64,000 bases of DNA from Nitrososphaerota archaeon (GTDB taxonomy: Archaea > Thermoproteota > Nitrososphaeria_A > Caldarchaeales > Calditenuaceae): NCBI GenBank assembly GCA_038845265.1, contig JAWBQR010000004.1:66049-130048 (forward strand), written 5' to 3'. The notes under the pieces are model-generated. The model saw only the letters and a program-made list of their open reading frames with translations, did not search any database and was not told the DNA's origin. Below are positions 50,849-59,939 of this stretch, piece by piece. Position 1 is the first letter of the stretch, and every line of letters starts with the position of its first letter. The translations under genes and the position numbers were made by a program.

Positions 50849-51928
50849 ATGAATATGGTGAATGAGCCGAGCTCTCGGATCACTGAGCTCCTCCGTCAAC
50901 TCTCTACTGCTTATGGTCCGCCTGGATTCGAGGACGGGGTAGTGGAGATCCTCATGAAGGAGCTTGGAGACGCGGCTGAGAAGCATTGGCGGGACGGCAT
51001 GGGGAATCTCTTCGTCAAGATAAAGTCTGGAAGCGGCCCGAGGATAATGCTTGTCGCACATATGGATGAGGTGTCTATGATTGTGAAGCACGTGGATGAA
51101 GATGGATTTCTCTACATAGCTCCGCTGGGATGGCTCGACACTAGGGTTCTCCTCGGACAGAGAGTCGTGGTTCATGGCAAGAGACTCGTCGAGGGATGCA
51201 TCGGTGCTAAGCCCCCACACATAACGACTCAGGAGGAACAGAAGGTTGTTCCTAGCTTTAAGGAGCTCTACGTCGACGTCGGTGCAAGCAGCAGGGAGGA
51301 GGCGGCCTCCCTCGGAATAGAGAAGGGAACATACGTAACATTTCCATCCTACTTCTCTTTCCTCGCTGGCACACGAGTCATGGGCAAGTCCTTTGATGAT
51401 AGGGCTGGATGTGCCGCAGTGGTTGCCATATCCCGGCTCATATACGAGCTGGGAGCTGGCTGCGAGCTTTACGCCGTCTTTACGGTTCAGGAAGAGCTGG
51501 GTCTCAGGGGAGCTGCGACGATAGTCGGGCAGATAGACCCCCATCTGGCGCTTGTCTTTGAGTGCACCGTAGCCGCTGATATTCCTGGTAATCCTCCATC
51601 TGAGCACGTTACTAGGGTTGGGAGAGGAGCAGCGATAAGGGTCATGGACTCCTCGATGCTTACTCGTAGGGACATTATTAATTATCTTGCTGGACTTGCA
51701 GACGCACATGGCGTTCCTTACCAGCTTCAGGTCATGACTGGGAGCATAACGGATGCTGGGAGGATACATATGATGGGGAGGGGCGTGCCGACGGGCGTAA
51801 TCTCTACTCCATGCAGGAATCTCCATACTCCGAATCTCCTCCTAGACCTCAGGGACCTCGAATGTGTTGTCAGGCTCGGACACCTCGCCGTGACGCATGC
51901 TGGAGAATATCTCCAAGGCATTCATTGA
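50849..51928 (+). CDS. M42 (TET-type) aminopeptidase
   Basis: GPPGFE, AHMDEV, KSFDDRAG, QEELGLRGA, TDAG, RNLHTP. Confidence 0.93.
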   Translation: MNMVNEPSSRITELLRQLSTAYGPPGFEDGVVEILMKELGDAAEKHWRDGMGNLFVKIKSGSGPRIMLVAHMDEVSMIVKHVDEDGFLYIAPLGWLDTRVLLGQRVVVHGKRLVEGCIGAKPPHITTQEEQKVVPSFKELYVDVGASSREEAASLGIEKGTYVTFPSYFSFLAGTRVMGKSFDDRAGCAAVVAISRLIYELGAGCELYAVFTVQEELGLRGAATIVGQIDPHLALVFECTVAADIPGNPPSEHVTRVGRGAAIRVMDSSMLTRRDIINYLAGLADAHGVPYQLQVMTGSITDAGRIHMMGRGVPTGVISTPCRNLHTPNLLLDLRDLECVVRLGHLAVTHAGEYLQGIH

Positions 51929-51935
51929 TGGAAAT

Positions 51936-51996
51936 TTCTCCATGATTGTTAAGCATTGAGGAATTTTTAGAAAAATTGCTTAACAGATTCTCCATG
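51936..51996. promoter_or_regulatory. Nested inverted/direct repeat element, putative operator or terminator
   Basis: TGTTAAGCA (51947) and TGCTTAACA (51977) inverted repeat, inner AATTTTT-AG-AAAAATT palindrome, flanking TTCTCCATG direct repeats. Confidence 0.45.
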
Positions 51997-52191
51997 GTTT
52001 TCAGACTTTTCATTAGCCACATTCCTCCGGGGCCTTCTTTCCTCAATCATCAATAATATTTAGGCGGGATGAATATTAATTCTGACACATAATTAAATAA
52101 TTATTTCTTCAATAGCTGATTCTTATCTCTCAGTCCACATCGAGGTGAATGGGCCGAGACATGGATAAATCCAAGAGCATCTATTATTTAC

Positions 52192-52683
52192 TTGATGCAG
52201 TTTCATAGGCTGAGTAAGAGAGATGCCAAGAAGTTGGCTGAGATGGTTAATGCTGCTAGACTTAGTGTCTCGGGCGAAAGCGCAGCAGTCATGGTTAATG
52301 ATGATGTGAGAATATACGAGATAGGCGGCTCGATAGTCATAGAGTCTCAGGGAGCCTACATCCCACTAGTGGACGAGCTGGTGAATAAGGAACTGCTGGA
52401 AGGTCTCCCATTAGTGATAGTTGATATGGGCGCGGTCAGGCGTCTCGTGAATGGCGCAGACGTCATGAGGCCCGGGATAGTCTCATTCGAGGGCGAGTTT
52501 AAACAAGGCGACTTGGTAGTCGTCAGGGACGTAAATAACAGAAGGGCACTGGCCGTCTGTAGAGCACTTATGGATTCAAAGACGGCGGCAGCAACGCAGC
52601 GGGGAAAAGTGCTCGAGAATCTACACTACGTGGGCGACAAGTACTGGCGGCTCTCGAGGAGACTGATAGAGCTTAGTCGATAA
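52192..52683 (+). CDS. PUA-domain RNA-binding protein (DUF1947 / MCT-1-like)
   Basis: LSKRD N-terminus; VDMGAVRRLVNGADVMRPGI; GKVLENLHYVGD. Confidence 0.9.
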   Translation: MMQFHRLSKRDAKKLAEMVNAARLSVSGESAAVMVNDDVRIYEIGGSIVIESQGAYIPLVDELVNKELLEGLPLVIVDMGAVRRLVNGADVMRPGIVSFEGEFKQGDLVVVRDVNNRRALAVCRALMDSKTAAATQRGKVLENLHYVGDKYWRLSRRLIELSR

Positions 52684-53206
52684 GCTCCCTCAGCTTCTCG
52701 TACTCCTCTAAGAGGACTGCAAAGAGCTTCTTGGTATCTGTGAGCATGGACTCGAGCCTAGCTATATCTTCGGGCTGTTCAGATTCTTCGATATCAATCT
52801 TTTTTGATGCGTCCTCTCTGACCTTCTGTTCAGCCTCTCCACCCGTGTTGGACTGCTTCTCATTACTCGTGTAGTGACTACTGTTCTCAGGCAGGCTAGC
52901 CCTGCTCTGCGGACTAGGGGACTGGACGACTCTCTGCTGGTCGGGCATACTCTTCTTTTGCTGAACAATTTCACTAGACCTCTTGTCCTCTCTAACTGGG
53001 GATTGCTGCCTGAGCGTCTGACGGGCAGCCGCGACATGGCGTTCCTCAACCTTCGGCGAGGCACTCCAAGACAACTGCTCCCTGGCTCGGAGATCGCTAT
53101 GAACCTTTCTCGGCCTACGCAGTAGGGAGGCCCATGCAATTATGAGTGAAGTAACTATCAGGACCATCAGGAGGACCGCTGCTGCCTCCTCCGCCGTCAA
53201 TTTCAT
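52673..53206 (-). CDS. Monotopic membrane protein with polar linker and C-terminal coiled coil; last gene of the arl operon
   Basis: N-terminal TM followed by RRPRK, S/Q/E-rich linker, C-terminal heptads; ATGA overlap with the arlJ stop. Confidence 0.6.
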   Translation of the reverse strand: MKLTAEEAAAVLLMVLIVTSLIIAWASLLRRPRKVHSDLRAREQLSWSASPKVEERHVAAARQTLRQQSPVREDKRSSEIVQQKKSMPDQQRVVQSPSPQSRASLPENSSHYTSNEKQSNTGGEAEQKVREDASKKIDIEESEQPEDIARLESMLTDTKKLFAVLLEEYEKLRELID

Positions 53207-54687
53207 CCAACAGCCTCCTTTATAGCCTCGGTATAAGATGTCAACGACTCGAAGAGCGAGTCAGATATCAGCTTCATGAAGAGATACGTAGAGATCGAGG
53301 CCGCGAGGATGATGCTGAAGTATAGGCAGAGATGAATCCAGGACTTCCTCTCAGCCAGGTGAATAACCATGCCTGACCCAGCCGAGTTCACAAGAATCAT
53401 GAACATGAGGACCGCGGCCATCTCGGAGGGCGTAACGCCCGGCGTGAGGGGTAGTATCTGGGAAGTCAGCGAGGAGTACATGAATAGCAGCGAGAAGAGA
53501 GAGGACATCAGCCCCATAACTCCAGAGACAGTGACGGCCGTCGGGATAAGGATACCTTTAATGTATGAGGAGACCTGCTCCCTTCTCCTCCTCATGCTCA
53601 GCCTATCGTTAAGATGGTCATAGAGCATTCTCCCAAGCTCAGACATCGGAGCGCCCTTATCGATTCCCTCGACGAGGACGCTGCACGCCTCATAGACATG
53701 CCTACTATTCGTCTCCATGACGAGGAACCTAAAGGCAACAGGGATAGAGATCCCGCTCCTAATCCTTAGATATAGCCGTCGGAGATGCCTAGTCAATTCT
53801 CCATAATCGTTGATCAGGAGCGCCGCTACTGCCTTCTCAACTATCTGGAGAGTGCTCATCGACTCGCCCATACTCTTCATCAGGAATGGAAGCTCACGCT
53901 CAATCCTCGATATCCTCCTCATTCGATACACGAGGAAACTAGCAAAGACCGAGCCAGCGACGCTGAGGATCAGGTAGGACCACCAAGAAGTATCCGGGCC
54001 AAGGAACAACGTGGCCAGCGGGAGAATAATGAGGCAAGACATGAAATAGATGAGTGAGAAGGGCTCAGAGACCTCGAGCCACCACTCCCTATACCCAGGC
54101 GGACTAACCAGCGAGTCACTCCCAGAAACCCTAGAGACATAAAAGGAGAGAAGCACAACCACCGAGAAGAGAGCCGCAGCGACGCTGTAAATAATCAATC
54201 TAGAATCAACGCCGCTGAAGACCACCGACATTATCGAGAGCGAGACCAGGAGGAAGCTCGAGGAGCTCATCAGTGTTGCTTGGACATCCCCGATCGTCTT
54301 TACCCTATCCATCGACCTCTCAAAGCCTATCCTCAGATACTCACGGGTCTTCTCATACTCATTCTTGACTACGTGTGAGAGCCTTAGACCAATATTGGAG
54401 GCCCTCGAGAGCTTCTCCGAGAGCTCCCTAAGGGAGCCGGCCTCTCGGAGAGATGAGTGTCTCAGCGACTCAGAGACCGAGTATCCCCAGTCCAGTAGGA
54501 GCCGCGAGGCCCTCTTGAATACTGATAACTGCTCTCCTATCGGGCCAGAAGTCTCAGCAGCAGTTATTACGAGGGTTCTATCATCAGGCTCAGTCGAGGC
54601 TAGCGCGGCGAGGTACAGCAGCGCGACTTCCCTCTCGCTGCCTCCCCCATGCCTACGCCTCATCAGGCTCGATAGTCTCCGAAACAA
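53203..54687 (-). CDS. flaJ: Archaellum membrane platform ArlJ/FlaJ
   Basis: Two T2SS-F-like repeats with multiple TM helices, NDYGELTRHLRRLYLRI; directly downstream of flaI. Confidence 0.85.
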   Translation of the reverse strand: MFRRLSSLMRRRHGGGSEREVALLYLAALASTEPDDRTLVITAAETSGPIGEQLSVFKRASRLLLDWGYSVSESLRHSSLREAGSLRELSEKLSRASNIGLRLSHVVKNEYEKTREYLRIGFERSMDRVKTIGDVQATLMSSSSFLLVSLSIMSVVFSGVDSRLIIYSVAAALFSVVVLLSFYVSRVSGSDSLVSPPGYREWWLEVSEPFSLIYFMSCLIILPLATLFLGPDTSWWSYLILSVAGSVFASFLVYRMRRISRIERELPFLMKSMGESMSTLQIVEKAVAALLINDYGELTRHLRRLYLRIRSGISIPVAFRFLVMETNSRHVYEACSVLVEGIDKGAPMSELGRMLYDHLNDRLSMRRRREQVSSYIKGILIPTAVTVSGVMGLMSSLFSLLFMYSSLTSQILPLTPGVTPSEMAAVLMFMILVNSAGSGMVIHLAERKSWIHLCLYFSIILAASISTYLFMKLISDSLFESLTSYTEAIKEAVG

Positions 54688-57571
54688 TCTTCTCAGCCTC
54701 CTCGACTCCGAATTTATATGCAGCCGAGATTGCTTGGTAGACCTTTCTGTAGCTCAGGATTCTCATCTCTACAAGTGATTTGAGGAAGTCTGCCCTCCTG
54801 TTTAGCTCTGCGTATATCTTCCTGACCTCCCTCCTCGATAGTCCACTAATCTTCGCGACCTTATCCTCAAGGAGCGCGCTGGTCCCTTCGCCCCGGAACT
54901 CATGCAGATCGCTAGAGGGATTCCAGGTGAAGACCTCGACGAAGTTTATCGCCCCCGTCTCAGAGTCGAGCCCCAGTATCTCGTTTATGCTGATGACGCG
55001 CCTCTCGAGTCTTCCTGTCTTCGGATGCCTAACCGCGCTCTGGATAGCGACGGCGTTGAGGTTATCGATATAGGTCTTCGGAATCTCTATCGGGCTTCCG
55101 GTAAGCCTCTGTATCAGTTTCTGGACGCTTCCAGCATGAAAGGTCGAGAGGACGCCGTGGCCGGTATCCATCAATGGATGTATGGAGGGCGTGCCGCCGA
55201 TGTAGTATCCTCCACCCGCGAGGACGAGGTCATAAACCTCCGCGCCGCCTCCGGGCTCGACGCTCGTTACCCAGACATCCGCATCCACTGGGAGATAGAT
55301 GTAGGTATAGTATTTCTCGGAATAGACGTGGGGCGTGTATCCGGCCAGCCAGAGGTTTGCCGCTGCGATCCCTGACTCTCCGATGGCGCATCTAAGATAA
55401 TCTATGACTCCTTGATCATCATTGTTGAGGACTGTTTCGTTGGCATCGAGGATTTCTGGAGAAGAGTCTATGAGCTCGTCTAAAATCTCGACGTATTCCT
55501 CCTTCGTGAAGGATGCGTGCCGATCTCTATTCTCTCTGCTGCCGGTCAATGATCCGAGAAAGTGTCTGAGCTCGATGGATAACTCCTGGGCTAGGCTTAG
55601 TCTCAAGGATTCATGGTTCCTAGCCGAAGCCTTTGAGGCGCTCAGCACTCCCCTGATGAATGATGGATATTGATTCTTATGTAATCCTCTGGCGGTGCCT
55701 ATTACGTAGTCTCTGAAGGGAGTTGCTGAACCTCTGATGTAGGCCCAGTGAACCAGCCTCTCCGGGATGTTGCTAATCACGCATAGGGCGTTGCCTCTCC
55801 TCTCAACTTCACCTCTCCATCCCACTTTTCTCAGCAGTTCAGTCAGATTTTTTAGGGAATCATCGCTGTCGAGCTGCATGTACCAGTAGTACTTGCCCCT
55901 GCGCTTCTGGAGAAAGTCTCCTCCTAGAAGTCTGCCCATCATCCATAAGGCATCATCGATGCTCAGAGGCATCAAGAACTTCTCCGGAGGAATCTTAATG
56001 ACTGAGCCGACTTCTAGCCTCCTACGCGCCAGTCTGACCCACCTCTCGCCGGAGGCCCAAATCCTGAGGAGCTCGGAGGCCTGGACCTCAGCCTCCCCGC
56101 CAGGCGTCTTCACTATAAATCGATGGTTAGGCGATACTCTTACCGAGAGCCCATCACTCGCCGTAATTCTAACGGTCTCTCTGCAGTATTGCTTCACCAA
56201 GCCGAGGCAGTCTGCAAGCACGACATTCTGCAGTCCAGGCATAGTTGAGTAGACTCTTAGACCATGATGTGGTCTCACTATTCTTCCATGGCTGGTCTCC
56301 TCTTCTCCCAGCTTTCTCAGGCTCTGGTAAAGCTCGGACAGCAGGAAGACTCCCCTATCAGTCGGGACATAGGCATCGTCAACGCACTGCATTGCCTGGA
56401 AAGCAATTGCTGCCTCCGCGCCCCTAATCTCGCCTACAAGGATGTAGTTTGGCCTCTGCCGGAGCGCTGCCTTGAGTAGGTCGAACAGCTCGACGCCCTC
56501 GCCCTCTCTCTGCCCCCTCCTGGTCACCTCGCATACCCAGTTGTCATGCGGAACAACGATCTCAGGGACATCCTCTATTGACACGATCTTGGCGTCGGGC
56601 CTAACAAAGACCGCCGCGGCCCTCAGGAGCGTGGTCTTACCAGAGGCAGTCTCGCCGACGAACCAGACATTCAGGTTATTCTCGAGCAGGAGCCAGAGGT
56701 AGGCCGCTGCCTTCGCACTTATCGTGTTCCACCTGATTAGCTGGGTGATGCTTATCGGGATGTCGCTGAACTTCCTAATCGTGAAGTTTGAGCCCCTCCT
56801 ACTGATGTCAGAGCCATAGACGATGTTTATCCTTGAGCCGTCTGGAAGCATCGCGTCAGATATCGGAGTCCTAATGCTGACTGGTCTTCCAGCCTTGATG
56901 GACAATTTATAGACGAATTGGTTAAGCTCATCCTCGTCCCTAAACTCTATCGTCGTCCTACAGCTCCCAAATATTTTATGCTCAACGAAGATAGGACCAA
57001 CGCCCGGACAACTGACATCCTCTATGTATGGGTCCCTTATCAGAGGCTCAATGATTCCCATCGCTGCCTTCTCAATCAATACTGCATGCTTCACTGCCTC
57101 TGCTAGTAGTGGATTCATCCTAACACTCCAGGCCAGGCCTCTCCTCTTGATGACTACGTGCTCCTTTCTGTCCAGCGATTCGTCCGGAATGATGACCTCT
57201 TCAAGAATATTCTTCAGTAATTCGGATAACTCCTCTTTATTTCTCGGCGGCTCGATGTCCATCAACCTCGCAGCCAAGGTCTCCTCAACTACTTGTAGGC
57301 AGCTCCACGCATCCTTAGGAACCTCGGGCTGAATTACTCGGTAGATATTCTTGCCCTCCAATTCATCGGTGTAGATATGTATGAAGTATGGGTCGCCGAT
57401 TGGATATATGATGTTGATCCTCTCGAGGTATCTCAGTTCTCTGGAGAGCTGGACAAAGTAGTCCGGCTGAGGCGCGCCATTATCAACAATCTCGTCAAGA
57501 TAGATCGCTAAATGAGGATTCGAGGCCAGCGCATCCTCGATGCTCGATCCGGCTAGGTTCTTGGCCATCAT
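54653..57571 (-). CDS. flaI: Archaellum motor ATPase ArlI/FlaI precursor containing an intein (565 aa after splicing)
   Basis: NIIYPIGDPYFIHI, DPYIEDVSC, GSNFTIRKF, Walker A GETASGKTT, LRQRPNYILVGEIRG, AFQAMQ|...|TGHGVLSTFHA. Confidence 0.95.
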   Translation of the reverse strand: MMAKNLAGSSIEDALASNPHLAIYLDEIVDNGAPQPDYFVQLSRELRYLERINIIYPIGDPYFIHIYTDELEGKNIYRVIQPEVPKDAWSCLQVVEETLAARLMDIEPPRNKEELSELLKNILEEVIIPDESLDRKEHVVIKRRGLAWSVRMNPLLAEAVKHAVLIEKAAMGIIEPLIRDPYIEDVSCPGVGPIFVEHKIFGSCRTTIEFRDEDELNQFVYKLSIKAGRPVSIRTPISDAMLPDGSRINIVYGSDISRRGSNFTIRKFSDIPISITQLIRWNTISAKAAAYLWLLLENNLNVWFVGETASGKTTLLRAAAVFVRPDAKIVSIEDVPEIVVPHDNWVCEVTRRGQREGEGVELFDLLKAALRQRPNYILVGEIRGAEAAIAFQAMQCVDDAYVPTDRGVFLLSELYQSLRKLGEEETSHGRIVRPHHGLRVYSTMPGLQNVVLADCLGLVKQYCRETVRITASDGLSVRVSPNHRFIVKTPGGEAEVQASELLRIWASGERWVRLARRRLEVGSVIKIPPEKFLMPLSIDDALWMMGRLLGGDFLQKRRGKYYWYMQLDSDDSLKNLTELLRKVGWRGEVERRGNALCVISNIPERLVHWAYIRGSATPFRDYVIGTARGLHKNQYPSFIRGVLSASKASARNHESLRLSLAQELSIELRHFLGSLTGSRENRDRHASFTKEEYVEILDELIDSSPEILDANETVLNNDDQGVIDYLRCAIGESGIAAANLWLAGYTPHVYSEKYYTYIYLPVDADVWVTSVEPGGGAEVYDLVLAGGGYYIGGTPSIHPLMDTGHGVLSTFHAGSVQKLIQRLTGSPIEIPKTYIDNLNAVAIQSAVRHPKTGRLERRVISINEILGLDSETGAINFVEVFTWNPSSDLHEFRGEGTSALLEDKVAKISGLSRREVRKIYAELNRRADFLKSLVEMRILSYRKVYQAISAAYKFGVEEAEKIVSETIEPDEA
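55166..56386 (-). mobile_element. Intein (407 aa, Cys1 to C-terminal Asp, Thr+1) with degenerate LAGLIDADG-like domain
   Basis: In-frame insertion splitting AMQ|TGH; block A CVDDAYVPTDRG, block B VSPNHRFIV, block F VTSVE...VYDLVL, block G YYIGG...HPLMD/T. Confidence 0.88.
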
Positions 57572-58284
57572 GCCTTCACCTGGCTGAAGGGGAGGATCTT
57601 TATGCCGAAGGATGGATCTACCTCAAAACTGATTACTTGGCTTGATGGCTTGCTGGCCCCCCTAACCTTCAGAATCTGGAGAGTCTTGTAGATCTTGTCT
57701 CCGATCTCCTTAATCATTAATGAGAAGTGTGCATCTGATATGGACCTGATCCTGACTAGGAACTCCTGCGAAAAGGCGTATGGATGAATCGTAACGATAT
57801 ATGTGAGGTTATACTCCTCGCTGGACGACCTCATCTCGGAGAAGAATCGTAGAACATCTTCCTCTCGGGCACCAGTTATGAGAACGGTGAGACTGTCTAT
57901 GCAGATGATGTTAAACTTGGAGGACTTTTTCTGGACATAGTTCATTATTGAGACCAACATTTGCTTCGCGTCGTCTGAGGTCCATTCCTCCTCCCTGACG
58001 CTCAGGGGGACTACTCTCAGGTGCCCCCTCAAGTAGTGCTTCTTGACGCTAAATCCGAGGCTCTCCATATTCCTGACTATTGCTCTCCCGCCTCCCTCAG
58101 TCGAGAAGATACAGACCTTATATCCAGTCTCCAACGCTCCGTATGTAAACTGCTGGACCAAGACACTTTTACCCGAGTCATTCGGCCCCTCGATTATCAC
58201 TAATGCCGGAAGAATTATTCCACCAATCCTCCTGTCAAGCTCGTCATTGAGAGTTTTCAATAATTTATGCTCAGATTCCTCCAC
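57568..58284 (-). CDS. flaH: Archaellum KaiC-like nucleotide-binding protein ArlH/FlaH
   Basis: ELDRRIGGI, GPNDSGKS, IDSLT, TIHP, KVRGA, FEVDPSFGIKILP; start set at the GTG of VEESEHK. Confidence 0.92.
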   Translation of the reverse strand: MEESEHKLLKTLNDELDRRIGGIILPALVIIEGPNDSGKSVLVQQFTYGALETGYKVCIFSTEGGGRAIVRNMESLGFSVKKHYLRGHLRVVPLSVREEEWTSDDAKQMLVSIMNYVQKKSSKFNIICIDSLTVLITGAREEDVLRFFSEMRSSSEEYNLTYIVTIHPYAFSQEFLVRIRSISDAHFSLMIKEIGDKIYKTLQILKVRGASKPSSQVISFEVDPSFGIKILPFSQVKA

Positions 58285-58792
58285 GCCCGGCCGCCACCCC
58301 CACCTCTCCGTCAGGAGAGACGAAGACCAAGACCACGGCACGGGACAGGTCGCAGGAATCCGGAATTCTTATCTCTATTGAGGCGACCTCGCCTTGATCT
58401 ACCCAGCCACTCATCAACTCGGGATTTGAGGGATTCAGGATCTCCTCATCATTCATGAACGAGACATCAACTATGCGCCAATCAGCCCCGTAGCCCATTA
58501 AGAAGAATCTGGAGCTATTATCGCTGCATACGCAGCCCACGAATATGTCAGATCTGCGAAGTTCACTCAACGCTACGGCTCTTCCAACAAAGGAGACATT
58601 AAGCAGGGCAGTAATGTTCAACAGCTTGAAATCACTTATCAAAACCTTCCGAACATGCACTGCATTATTGATTCTCTGCAGGTCATTAAGCTCAGCGGCT
58701 TCGTTCCTGACAAGCATTAAGACCTGGAAACAGCTCATCGTCAATATGAGAAGCACCATTCCACCCACGATGACAGAGCTAAGCCCAGACAC
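58271..58792 (-). CDS. flaF: Archaellum accessory protein ArlF/FlaF
   Basis: MSGLSSVIVGG hydrophobic N-terminus, ILNP...GWVDQGE, VSPDG; lies between arlG and arlH. Confidence 0.7.
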   Translation of the reverse strand: MSGLSSVIVGGMVLLILTMSCFQVLMLVRNEAAELNDLQRINNAVHVRKVLISDFKLLNITALLNVSFVGRAVALSELRRSDIFVGCVCSDNSSRFFLMGYGADWRIVDVSFMNDEEILNPSNPELMSGWVDQGEVASIEIRIPDSCDLSRAVVLVFVSPDGEVGVAAGRGGI

Positions 58793-58805
58793 TAACCATC
58801 ACCTC

Positions 58806-59300
58806 CTAGAGCGAGAAGTAGCCATCAAAGGACAAGCCATTATGAAGGACGATCCTAACCACGTAGTCCCCAGCAGTCAGCGCGGAAAGAGGCACGACAG
58901 TTATCTCGACCGTCTCTCCCCGGCTCCACTTCCCATCCATATCAAGGTCATTGATGAGCCTGTAGACCCAGCTACCGGGAGCACCATCATCAGAATACGA
59001 ATAACGCTCAGCCCTCTGACTAGATATTAGATATAGGTCTATGAGTCTGAGCTCGCCTTTACTGATATCCTTATTCCCGACATTCTTAACGAATATCCTC
59101 AGCGATCCATGGTCTGCATCGTAGAAAGCAAAGACTATCCTGACGTCGGTCTGATACCTATCCCTCAGGGCGCTCAGGCTGGATCTCTGAAAATCACTGA
59201 TAAGCGAGGAGTTAGAGAGATAGACAGCGGTAAAGGCTGAGAAGGCAACCATCGAGACGATCAGGAAGAGGGACTCAATAATGATCGGCGTGCTGCTCAA
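58806..59300 (-). CDS. flaG: Archaellum accessory protein ArlG/FlaG
   Basis: N-terminal ESLFLIVSMVA TM, TDVRIVF, FVKNVG, WSRGETVEI, HNG. Confidence 0.85.
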   Translation of the reverse strand: MSSTPIIIESLFLIVSMVAFSAFTAVYLSNSSLISDFQRSSLSALRDRYQTDVRIVFAFYDADHGSLRIFVKNVGNKDISKGELRLIDLYLISSQRAERYSYSDDGAPGSWVYRLINDLDMDGKWSRGETVEITVVPLSALTAGDYVVRIVLHNGLSFDGYFSL

Positions 59301-59306
59301 GCCACA

Positions 59307-59936
59307 TCACCTAACCAGTGACTCGCCGAGAAGAATCCTACTAAGAGCGATGACGAGGAGACCGATGTTCGGGTCTCCTGGCCTCTGAAGAAACAAAGAC
59401 AGGAGATAAAACCCGAGTAGGTAGGCATCACTCCCAGGAAACGGATACTTCTCGCCTGAGCCCTCCAGCCTAGAGCCCCTCAAAATTATCTCCGCGACCT
59501 CTCGAACCTGTCTCTTCAACCAATCAACGTTCTCAACACCAGTCCTAATAGATTGGAGGATCCTCTCAAGGTTCTGATAACCGAGAAGCCTCAGCGTGAA
59601 AGAAGTCACAGCGTACAGATTAAGGTCTAGATATGCAGAGGCAGCCGACATACTTTCAGCATTATTCGTCCTATTCCCTGGCCTTTGATAAGCCTGAGCA
59701 GCACTCTGCTCCAACCTCCCTTCCTGTGCATTATTCGTATCGGAGATGGTCTTCACTGGCTTTTTCACTGTCGGCCTACTCTTCTCAACATTCGGAGAAG
59801 TTATGGCTGCATTATCTATCTCGGCGATCAGCTCCCGGACATCCATTATCGTCTTCTCTATAGGCTCCCTTAGCTCCCTAATCTCATCCTCTAACCTCCT
59901 AATGTCTGTCTTCTGCGCCTCGCTTGTCCTAGACAT
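59307..59936 (-). CDS. Putative ArlC/D/E-like protein
   Basis: N-terminal coiled coil (IRRLEDEIRELREPIEKTIMDVRELIAEIDN), polar linker, C-terminal helical domain (LLGYQNLERIL...DWL); directly upstream of arlG. Confidence 0.5.
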   Translation of the reverse strand: MSRTSEAQKTDIRRLEDEIRELREPIEKTIMDVRELIAEIDNAAITSPNVEKSRPTVKKPVKTISDTNNAQEGRLEQSAAQAYQRPGNRTNNAESMSAASAYLDLNLYAVTSFTLRLLGYQNLERILQSIRTGVENVDWLKRQVREVAEIILRGSRLEGSGEKYPFPGSDAYLLGFYLLSLFLQRPGDPNIGLLVIALSRILLGESLVR

Positions 59937-59939
59937 AAT

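Noticed and set aside
50786-51826. 604-aa minus-strand ORF suggesting a long N-terminal fusion to isopentenyl phosphate kinase
   Set aside because: The extra ~347 codons are antisense to the well-formed M42 peptidase and show no domain-like features; the kinase begins at the ATG at 50785
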